NCBI RefSeq assembly: GCF_006345805.1
Contig: NW_021823913.1
Coordinates: 1-20,761, forward strand
Origin: Octopus sinensis
Lineage: Eukaryota
Reading direction: 5' to 3'
Length of the DNA: 20,761 bases
Made by a program: the position numbers and the translations under genes. The notes under the pieces are model-generated. The model was not told the DNA's origin, ran no database searches, and worked only from the letters and a program-made list of their open reading frames with translations. Below, one piece after another: positions 9,398 to 18,480 of this stretch; positions within the stretch are counted from its first letter, which is position 1, and every line of letters starts with the position of its first letter.

Positions 9398-9440
9398 TAT
9401 GCTGAAGACTTCTAAAAAGGATGAAATAGTACTATACATG
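9398..9440 (+). ncRNA. Degenerate minimal type-I hammerhead motif
   Basis: tatg-CTGAAGA-c-TTCT-aaaa-AGGA-t-GAA-ATAGTACTAT-A|CATG. The core and GAAA are intact, stem III is the palindrome ATAGTACTAT, the triplet is AUA, and stem I is 4 bp. The first stem-II pair is a C.U mismatch. Confidence 0.45.
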
Positions 9441-9487
9441 ATTATCACAAATCAAAAATTGTAAGAACTTAATCTTTTGCTTGTTTC

Positions 9488-9857
9488 TATTTCTTTACTA
9501 CCCACAAGGGGCTGAACACAGAGGGGACAAACAAGAACAGACAAACGGATTAAGTTGATTATATCGACCCCAGTGCGCAACTGGTACTTATTTAATCGAC
9601 CCCGAAAGGAATTTGAACTCAGAACGTAATAGCTGACGAAATAATTATTTCTTTACTAACCACAAGGGGCTAAACAAAGAGAGGACAAACAAGGACAGAC
9701 AAACGGATTAAGTGCGTAACTGGTACTTAATTTATTGACCCCGAAAGGATGAAAGGCAAAGTCGACCTCGGCGGTATTTGAACTCAGAACGTAGCGACGG
9801 GCGAAATACCGCGAAGCATTTCGCCCGGCGTGCTAACGTCTCTGCCGGCTCGCAGCC
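9488..9857 (-). mobile_element. SINE family B dimer with internal deletions
   Basis: Units start at 9493 and 9651; junction gaaataattatttc at the same position as in the other arrays; head ends at 9857. Confidence 0.9.
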
Positions 9858-9900
9858 TTTCTTGTTTCGATCCTTAGACTGCGGCCATGCTGGGCACCTC
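9858..9900 (-). mobile_element. SINE A-like 3' tail fragment
   Basis: GACTGCGGCCATGCTGG..GCACC matches the A tail. Confidence 0.65.
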
Positions 9901-10060
9901 CTCGAGGAACTTTTAGTTTTCAATCTGAATATCAACACGACTCCACTTCATGTCATAATCACTTCAGTCGAAAACAACAGACACATACAGTAAATATACA
10001 CAAATGACACCATGCGATTTATCCATACCCACATTGGAATATTCGGCAATCAGAGTTAGA

Positions 10061-10390
10061 TACTCTTTACTCTCTTTTACTTGTTCCAGTAATTTTGAAT
10101 GCGGCCATTCTGGAGCACCGCCTTTAATCGAGCAACTCGACCCCGGGACTTATTCTTTTTTGTAGCCCAGTACTTATTCTATCGGTCTCTTTTGCCGAAC
10201 CGCTAAGTAACGGGGACATAAACACACCAGCATCGGTTGTCAAGCAATGCTAGGAGGACAAACACAGACACACAAACACACACAATTATATATATATATT
10301 ATATATATATATATATATATTATATATAATATAATATATATAATATATATTACTATACATAATATATATTATATACATATATATATATAC

Positions 10391-10452
<62 letters not shown>

Positions 10453-10773
10453 TATATAATATATATATATACATATATATATAATATATATACATATATA
10501 TACATATAATATATATACATATATATATATATATACATATATATATACATATACATATATATATATATATATAATATATATATATATACACACACACACA
10601 CTTATATACGACGGGCTTCTTTTCAGTTTTCATCTACCAAATCCACTCACAAGGCTTTGGTCGGCCCGAGGCTATAGTAGAAGATACTTGCCCAAGATGC
10701 CACGCAGTGGGACTGAACCCGGAACCTTGTGGTTGGTAAGCAAGCTACTTGCCATACAGCCACTCCTGCGCCT
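10061..10773 (-). mobile_element. SINE family A, full length, with ~300-bp internal (TA)n expansion
   Basis: Tail and head are intact; the slot at ~10287-10590 is an imperfect TA/TACA array. Confidence 0.95.
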
Positions 10774-11113
10774 AGTTGGCAACATCTGAGTAAGTTTGCG
10801 AAGCCTTTGCATCCAACCCACTTACATTAGCTAGCTTAACACAATCCAAACGTGTATGCAAGATCACATCCAAGTTGCCCACTAGAACAAAAGAGCGAGA
10901 TGTTGCAAGGAAACACTCCAGTCGTCTGGAGAAATCCGGCAAACCTGGCCCCTAAATAGCTATTAGACTGAAGGCATCCCCTTTAGTTGTTGTTCACATG
11001 TAGGACCCCGGACTCACCTTCTGATATCAAGACCATTCCGTAAAAACACAGACGCTTTATTTCCCAATTCCGATCGGATTGGAGATACGTAGATCTCGTA
11101 TGCACAGAAAATG

Positions 11114-12440
11114 TATGTCTTTACTGCCCACAAGGGGCTAAACATAGAGGGGACAAGCAAGGACAGACAAAGGGATTAAGTCGATTACATCGACCCCTGT
11201 GCGAAACTGGTCCTTTATTTATCGACCCCGAAAGGATGAAAGGCAAAGTCGACATCGGCGGAATTTGAACTCACAACGTAACGACAGACGAAATACCTAT
11301 TTCTTTATTATCCACAAGGGGCTAAACATAGAGGGGACAAGCAAGGACAGACAAAGGGTTTAAGTCGATTACATCGACACCAGTGCGTAACTGGTACTTT
11401 ATTTATCGACCCCGAAAGAATGAAAGGCAAAGTCGACCTCGGCGGAATTTGAACTCAGAACGTAACGACAGACGAAATACCTATTTCTTTACTACCCACA
11501 AGGGGCTAAACATAGAGGGGACAAACAAGGACAGACAAAGGGTTTAAGTCGATTACATAGGCCCCTGTGCGAAACTGGTGTTTTATTTATCGACCCCGAA
11601 AGGATGAAAGGCAAAGTCGACCTCGGCGGAATTTGAACTCAGAACGTAACGACAGACGAAATACCTATTTCTTTACTAGCCACAAGGGGCTAAACATAGA
11701 GGGGACAAACAAGGACAGACAAAGGGTTTAAGTCGATTACATAGGCCCCTGTGCGAAACTGGTGTTTTATTTATCGACCCCGAAAGGATGAAAGGCAAAG
11801 TCGACCTCGGCGGAATTTGAACTCAGAACGTAACGGCAGACGAAATACATATTTCTTTACTAACCACAAGGGGCTAAACATAGAAGGGACAAACGGACAG
11901 ACAAAGGGATTAAGTCGATTACATCGACCTCCAGTGCGAAACTGGTCCTTTATTTATCGACCCCGAAAGGATGAAAGGCAAAGTCGACCTCGGCGGAATT
12001 TGAACTCAGAACGTAACGACAGACGAAATACATATTTCTTTACTAACCACAAGGGGCTAAACATAGAAGGGACAAACAAGGACAACAAAGGGATTAAGTC
12101 GATTACATCGACTCCAGTGCGAAACTGGTCCTTTATTTATCGACCCCGAAAGGATGAAAGGCAAAGTCGACCTCGGCGGAATTTGAACTCAGAACGTAAC
12201 GACAGACGAAATACATATTTCTTTACTAACCACAAGGGGCTAAACATAGAAGGGACAAACAAGGACAGACAAAGGGATTAAGTCGATTACATCGACCTCC
12301 AGTGCGAAACTGGTCCTTTATTTATCGACCCCGAAAGGATGAAAGGCAAAGTCGACCTCGGCGGAATTTGAACTCAGAACGTAACGACAGACGAAATACG
12401 GCTACGCATTTCGCCCGGCGTGCTAACGTTTCTGCCAGCT
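11114..12440 (-). mobile_element. SINE family B heptamer (one head plus seven 183-184-bp units)
   Basis: Unit starts at 11119, 11303, 11487, 11671, 11855, 12038 and 12221; head at ~12400-12440; single TSD CAGAAAATG at 11105-11113/12441-12449. Confidence 0.97.
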
Positions 12441-12824
12441 CAGAAAATGGGAATGAAGGCTCTGGTCTCGCTGATGGTCACTAGATCTACGTCTAGTGAC
12501 CTGAGGTCGTTGATGAGGCTGCCCCACACCCATGTTGACCACAGGCCTTGTGCATTCAAACTGCTTATTCTGAGTACAGCTAAGTGTTGGCAGTTGAGAG
12601 AGAAAAGTGAGAAAGAGTCATTTAGCCTATTCTTATGGAAGTATAGATGTTGCGTCGCAATTACAAGGTTTCATGTTTCTGCGAGCAGTTCTTTATCTAT
12701 TTCGTTTTTGTATTTGGTTTGCAAGATGTTTGGTGTGAACTAATGTGTTGAAATAAATTTTGTTGTATCTTGGGAGGGTCATTATGCCAATAATGAAGAC
12801 AGGCACTGTTTCTGCTTCCCTTCT

Positions 12825-12834
12825 GTTGTTGTTG

Positions 12835-12896
<62 letters not shown>

Positions 12897-12903
12897 GTTG
12901 TTG

Positions 12904-12947
<44 letters not shown>
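12825..12947. repeat. (TTA)n/(TTG)n trinucleotide microsatellite
   Basis: Read directly. Confidence 0.97.
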
Positions 12948-13496
12948 GAGTGAGAGAGCAGTTCATGCCATCAAAGTGACACTGGGGTAAAATATACGAA
13001 GCCCAATATACCCATCATGACTACCCGTCTGATAGGGTACACCAGGCACATGCATCACAACCATATGTGCGCGACATGGTGATCTCATATCATGATAAAC
13101 AGCACATGACCTTGCAGGTGGGGCCCAGTTAGAATTTTCTTCAGTTGAGTAGCCCATCCCGCTCAAAAGGTCCCTGAATAAGGGTTGTTTAAGGATGTTG
13201 AAAGAACCACCCATGTTTCCAGAGGTGAACTATTCAAACCCGAAAGAATCCTCTCAACACATGGCTATGATGCTCCCCACTACTTCTGCTCGTGATCAGA
13301 GATGCACATAACGTCAGCCACTAAGGGACATGCTCACTGGTTAAGGTCAAACAACTGACAAGCAAATCTGTGGTATTGAGCAGAATATTTGCTGTAGCCC
13401 ATGTTTTATACCAAGACAAAACAATGTACATGATAACACTTCCAATCAGTTAAGATCAGAAGCCATGAGAGCCACTGCCTGGTACTGCATCAGGGC

Positions 13497-13497
<1 letters not shown>
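12948..13497. mobile_element. ~550-bp element embedded in a (TAA)n tract, family unassigned
   Basis: Sharp borders with in-register (TTA)n on both sides; GC-richer than the flanks; no credible ORF. Confidence 0.55.
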
Positions 13498-13556
<59 letters not shown>

Positions 13557-13565
13557 CATCATCAT
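13498..13565. repeat. (TTA)n grading into (TCA)n
   Basis: Read directly. Confidence 0.95.
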
Positions 13566-13577
13566 CCAATAGCCAAT

Positions 13578-14410
13578 AGGCGCGATAGGTGAACTGCGAG
13601 GTACTGAGCGCATGATAGGTAAACTGTGATGTACTGAGTGCGTGATAGGTGAACCGCGATGTACTGAGCGCGTGATAGGTGAACCACGATGTACTGAGTG
13701 CGCGATAGGTGAACTGCGATGTACTGGGTGTGCGACAAGTGAATCACGAGGTACTGAGTGCGCGATAGGTGAACCGCGATGTACTGAGTGCGCGACAGGT
13801 GAACTGCGATGTACTAAGTGCGTGATAGGTGAAATGCAATGTTCTGAGTGAGCGATAGGTGAACTGCAATGCACTGAATACGCGACAAATGAATCATGAT
13901 GTACTGAGTGCGCGATAGGTGAACCGCAATGTACTGAGTGCGCGATAGGTGAACCGCGATGTACTGAGTGCGGGATAGGTGAACCGCAATGTATTGAGCG
14001 CGCGATAGGCGAACCGCGATGTACTGAGTGCGGGATAGGCGAACCGCAATGTACTGAGTGCGCGATAGGTGAACCGCGATGTACTGAGTGCGGGATAGGT
14101 GAACCGCAATGTACTGAGCGCGCGATAGGTGAACCGCGATGTACTGAGTGCGGGATAGGTGAACCGCAATGTACTGAGTGCGCGATAGGTGAACCGCGAT
14201 GTACTGAGTGCGGGATAGGTGAACCGCAATGTACTGAGTGCGCGATAGGTGAACCGCGATGTACTGAGTGCGGGATAGGTGAACCGCAATGTACTGAGCG
14301 CGCGATAGGTGAACCGCGATGTACTGAGTGCGCGATAGGCGAACCGCAATGTACTGAGTGCGCACAAGTGAATCACGATGTTCTGAGTGCGCGACAAGTG
14401 AACTGCAATA
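13578..14410. repeat. 30-bp CpG-rich minisatellite (~28 units; remnant continues at 14735-14772)
   Basis: Consensus GCGCGATAGGTGAACCGC(G/A)ATGTACTGAGT with period 30. Confidence 0.97.
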
Positions 14411-14734
14411 AAAGACTCCGCCGGTTACGACGACGAGGGTCCCAGCTGATACGATCAACGGAACAGCTTGCTCGTGAAATTAACGTGAAAATGGCTGAGC
14501 ATTCCACAGACACGTGTACCCTTAACGTAGTTCTCGGGGAAAATCAGCGTGACACAGAGAGTGACAAGGCTGACCCTTTGAAATACAAGTACAACTCATT
14601 TTTGCCAGCTGAGTGGACTGGAGCAACGTGAAATAAAGTGTCTTGCTCAAGGACACAACGCGTCGCCGGGAATCGAACTCACAACCTTACGATCATGAGC
14701 CGAATGCCCTAACCACTAAGCCACGCGCCCTCAC
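14411..14734 (-). mobile_element. SINE family D (tRNA head, CORE-like block and tail shared with C)
   Basis: Minus head GTGAGGGCGCGTGGCTTAGTGGTTAGG...GAGTTCGATTCC, then GTGTCCTTGAGCAAGACACTT; 11-bp TSD GAACTGCAATA at 14400-14410/14735-14745. Confidence 0.92.
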
Positions 14735-15024
14735 GAACTGCAATATACTGAGCGCACGATAAGTGTACCGCGATATGGCGACGGATTACCGTAGTGCATA
14801 TGCTTATTATCAGCGTAATGAACCTCTGGCGATGCAAGCTCTTTATGCAGTCTTTTGTTTATATTTTTCCGGTAGTCACACATTTGGACACTTATTGTAC
14901 AAAAAGCCGTATATGTACTGCTTTTGAATGATTTGTGGTGGAATGCTATTTGTTAATGTGATGTAGTTGTTATGCGTGAATGCATGTGATCCATTAGTTT
15001 TTATTGTTTGTGTTTATAGCTGTA

Positions 15025-15330
15025 GGGAAGGCGTATGACTCGGTGGTTAGTGTGTGGGGATCACAATCAGGAGATCGTGATTTCGATTCCCGAACCGTGA
15101 GCAAGACGCTTTATTTCACGTTGCAATCGGATATGGAAATGAGTTGCGGACGTCATTAGTGCCAGGCTGTATCGGCCTTTGCTTTTTTCCTTGGATAACA
15201 TCGGTACCACAGAGAGGCTGATATGCATGGGTGGTCTTCCATAAACAACCACACCCGGGTTTGTACCTTGGAGAGGATCTTTCTAGGTGCAATTCCATGG
15301 TCGTTCGTCACCGAAGGAAGCTTTTACCCT
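15025..15330 (+). mobile_element. SINE family E (old, diverged tRNA-derived)
   Basis: Degenerate A/B boxes (TGACTCGGTGG...TTTCGATTCC) and GAGCAAGACGCTTTATTTCACGTTGC shared with D. Confidence 0.75.
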
Positions 15331-15346
15331 TATATATATACATACA

Positions 15347-15581
15347 GGGCGGCGAGCTGGCAGACACGATAGCGCACCGGGCGAAATGTTTTGCGGTATT
15401 TCGTCTGTCGCGACGCTCTGAGTTCAAAATTCCGCCGAGGTCGACTTTACCTTTCATCCTTTCGGGGTCGATAAATTAAGTACCAGTTACGCACTGGGGT
15501 CGATGTAATCGACTTAATACCTATGTCTGTCCTTGTTTGTTCCCTCTATGTTTAGCCCCTTGTGGGTAATAAAGAAATAGG
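15347..15581 (+). mobile_element. SINE family B monomer
   Basis: Full head GGGCGGCGAGCTGGCAG through tail AAAGAAATAGG. Confidence 0.93.
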
Positions 15582-16135
15582 TTAGTGTGTGGGGATCACA
15601 ATCACGAGGTTGTGATTTCGATTCCCGAACCGTGTGTTGTGTTCTTGAGCAAGACGCTTTATTTCGCGTTACTTAAGTGCAATCGGATGTGGAAATGAGT
15701 TGCGGACGTCATTAGTGCCATGCTGTAATCGGCCTTTGCTTTTTTCCTTGGATAACATCGGTACCACAGAGAGGCTGATATGCATGGGTGGTCTTCCATA
15801 AACAACCACACCCGGGTTTGTACCTTGGAGAGGATCTTTCTAGGTGCAATTCCATGGTCGTTCGTCACCGAAGGAAGCTTTTACCCTTATATATATACAT
15901 ACAGGGCGGCGAGCTGGCAGACACGATAGCGCACCGGGCGAAATGCTTAGCGGTATTTCGTCTGTCGTAATGTTCTGAGTTCAAATTCCGCCGAGGTCAA
16001 CTTTGCCTTTCATCCTTTCGGGGTCGATAAATAAAGTACCAGTTTCGCATTGGGGTTGATGTAATCGACTTAATCCGTTTGCCTGTCCTTGTTTGTCCTC
16101 TCTATGTTTAGCCCCTTGTGGGCAATAAAGAAATA
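15582..16135 (+). repeat. Tandem duplicate of the E+B block (E' ~15582-15887, B' 15904-16135), period ~557 bp
   Basis: Starts at ttagtgtgtggggatcacaatc directly after the B tail and repeats 15047-15581, including the non-SINE spacer tatatatatacataca. Confidence 0.93.
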
Positions 16136-16165
16136 TATATACATACATACATTCTGTTTGCATGC

Positions 16166-16167
<2 letters not shown>

Positions 16168-16196
<29 letters not shown>

Positions 16197-16291
16197 TGTA
16201 TGTATGTATGTATGTATGTATGTATGTATGCATGCATGCATGCCTGTATGTATGTATGTATGTATGTATGTATGTATGTATGTATGTATGT
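16168..16291. repeat. (TATG)n microsatellite with a CATG interruption
   Basis: Read directly. Confidence 0.97.
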
Positions 16292-16442
16292 AGACGATTA
16301 ATGGGCCGTCGATGAAAGGCAGATGAATTGAGAAAATTGGATTTTGAATGCAGAGAGGAAATGAAACACTTCTGAAAACATAATTGGAAGGGAAATAACT
16401 TCAAATTTATGCCGGACACTAAGTCGTGTGTTACGTCCCTTG

Positions 16443-17580
16443 CATACATACGAACGGACGGACAGATGGACAAATGAGTGATAGAAGGAAGAAACGAACG
16501 AACAAACGAAAGAAAGAAAGAAAGGAAGAGAGAAAGAAAGAAAGAAAGAGAAAGAAAGAAAGAAAGAAAGAAATAAAGAAAGAAAGAAAGAAAGAAAGAA
16601 AGGAAGAGAGAAAGAGAGAAAGAAAGAAGAGAAAGAAAAGAGAGAAAGAAAGGAGAGAAAGAAAAGAGAGAAAGAAAGGAGAGAAAGAGAGAAAGAAAGA
16701 GAGGACGAAAGAAAGAAAGAAAGAAAGAAAGAAGGAGAGAAAGAGAGAAAGAAAGAGAGGAAGAAAGAAAGACAGAAAGAAAGAGAGAAAGAAAGAGAGG
16801 AAGAAAGAAAGAAAGAAGGAGAGAGAGACAGAAAGAAAGAAAGAAAGAAAGAGAGGAAGAAAGAAAGACAGAAAGAAAGAAGGAGAGAAAGAAAGAAAGA
16901 AAGAAGGAGAGAAAGAAAGAAAGAAGGAGAGAAAGAGAGAAAGAAAGAGAGAAAGGGAGAAAGAAAGAGTGGAAAAAAGAAAGACAGAAAGAAAGAAAGA
17001 AAGAAAGAAAGAAAGGAAGAGAGGAAGAAAGAAAGAAAGAAGGAGAGAAAGAAAGAAAGATAGAAGGAGAGAAAGAGAGAAAGAAAGAAAGAAACAGAGA
17101 ACGAAAGAAAGGAAGAGAGAAAGAAAGAGAGGAAGAAAGAAAGAAAGAAGGAGAGAAAGAGAGAAAGAGTGAAAGAAAGAAAGAAAGAAAGAAGGAGAGA
17201 AAGAGAGAAAGAAAGGAGAGAAAGAGAGAAAGAAAGAGAGAAAGAAAGGGAGAAACAAAGAGAGAAACAAAGAGAGAAAGAAACAAAGAAAGAAAGAGAG
17301 AAAGAAAGGAAAAGAGAAAGAGAACGAAAGAATGAAAGCACGAACGAATGAATTGACAGATAGACGGACGGACGGACGACCGAACGAACGAAAAACGAGC
17401 AAAGGAACGAACGAACCAGTGAACGAAATGAATGACTAAATAAATAGATAGATAAGTAAATAAAGAAAGAAAAAAAGAAAGAAAGATTAGAAGGAAGGAA
17501 GGAAAGAAGGAAGCACTGACAAACGAATGAAAAACGAACGACGGAAAGAAAGAAGGAAAGCACAAAAGCAAACACGAAGG
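16443..17580. repeat. Purine-rich (AAAG/AGAG/GGAG)n low-complexity tract with heterogeneous tetramer flanks
   Basis: About 1.1 kb with an almost purine-only core on the plus strand. Confidence 0.97.
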
Positions 17581-17606
17581 CACTCACTTTGGTTTGAAGC
17601 GCTAGG

Positions 17607-18480
17607 CAGTGATGAGTGTGCTTCCACTAATCCGCTAACAGCTAATCCGTTTAGTGGATTAGCGTTTTCGCTTATTTTGGAAACCGTTAGCGGACCAAGT
17701 AGATTCCGTTAAACTTAGTTCTACTGACAAAATTCGTACGTCTGTTTCTGTCTGCCGTGGGTGCGTCTCGAAGAGTCCGCCAGGCACGCTATCGGCTGAC
17801 TACGTGTATACGTGACAAGACGTGACTGGTTGACGCCGCAGCAGCTAGATGAGCAGCATTGTGTGATTCTGCAGTTTTGAGTTGTGTTCACTTACGACGT
17901 TTCACGTTTCAGTCTTACAGTGTCAGCGACAGTGTGTTCACTTACGACGTTTCAATTTACAGTCTTACAGTGTCAGCGACAGCGTGTTCACTTACGACGT
18001 TTCACGTTACAGTCTTACAGTGTCAGCGACAGTGTGTTCATTTACGACGTTTCAATTTACAGTCTTACAGTGTCAGCGACAGCGTGTTCACTTACGACGT
18101 TTCACGTTACAGTCTTACAGTGTCAGCGACAGCGTGTTCACTAACGACGTTTCACGTTACAGTCTTACAGTGTCAGCGACAGTGTGTTCACTTACGACGT
18201 TTCACGTTACAGTCTTACAGTGTCAGCGACAGCGTGTTCACTTACGACGTTGCCACATTACAGACAGTCTTACAGTGTCAGCGACAGCAGTGTACGTTAT
18301 CGGTTTGTCAAGTTATCGCTTATCATTATGGAAGGTGAAGACGCTTTTGTTCGGTTGAGGATGAAGGGCCTGTTGAGGAGTCTGCAACGGCTGTAGGTTG
18401 AGAGCCAAGAGTCTCAGAAGCCGTGGCGCTACATGAGGACTACTTTGTTCGTAAGTCTAAGGGTAAGAGGAACGCCATAA
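17607..18480 (+). mobile_element. hAT-like DNA transposon 5' fragment
   Basis: Begins CAGTGATG, followed by clustered TAATCCG(C/T)T / AGCGGA subterminal motifs. After the minisatellite, ATG at 18328 opens a frameshifted MEGED...KPWRYM/DYFVRKSKGKRNA segment resembling the N-terminal part of a BED-finger hAT transposase. No right end is seen. Confidence 0.5.
17883..18290. repeat. 50-bp minisatellite (7 full units plus 1 variant unit)
   Basis: Unit (T/C)GTGTTCACTTACGACGTTTCACGTTACAGTCTTACAGTGTCAGCGACAG; starts every 50 bp from 17883. Confidence 0.97.

Larger units (their letters stand above)
9900..12600 (-). pseudogene. L1/Tx1-type non-LTR retrotransposon APE endonuclease relic in three pieces (~12441-12600, 10774-11113, ~9900-10060)
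   Basis: Minus translations: ISSLNAQGLWST...LINDLRSLDVDLVTISETR, IPIFCAYEIYVSP, AFSLIAI*GP...RRLECFLATSRSFVLVGNLDVILHTRLDCV, NLLRCCQL, PNIPMWVWINR. The order matches APE motifs (LNVRGL, QET, VYAP, GDFN, WTW). Confidence 0.75.

Noticed and set aside
10286-10633. Ile/Tyr-rich ORFs (also at 18598-18858 and 19222-19533)
   Set aside because: Translations of (TA)n microsatellites.
11119-12400. CRISPR-like or coding interpretation of the 184-bp array (ORF 11751-12281)
   Set aside because: There are no unique spacers, the units are SINE bodies, and the ORF merely reads through near-identical units.
12760-12990. Poly-Leu ORF resembling a signal or transmembrane peptide
   Set aside because: Translation of (TTA/TTG)n.
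12948-13070. HDV-like ribozyme at the end of the TAA-embedded element
   Set aside because: Only a simple hairpin could be built by eye; the nested double pseudoknot was not established. Left as a test, not a call.
13446-14458. Repetitive ORFs (RTQYIAVHLS)n and similar, up to 214 aa
   Set aside because: The 30-bp unit is a multiple of 3 and stop-free in several frames on both strands; there is no splice or codon evidence for a real protein.
16108-17587. Long ORFs of 248-491 aa (F/L/S-rich or K/E/R-rich)
   Set aside because: Artefacts of the purine-only tract, which lacks stop codons in most frames.
17883-18290. CRISPR-like array
   Set aside because: Contiguous 50-bp units without spacers, in a eukaryotic context with no cas genes.
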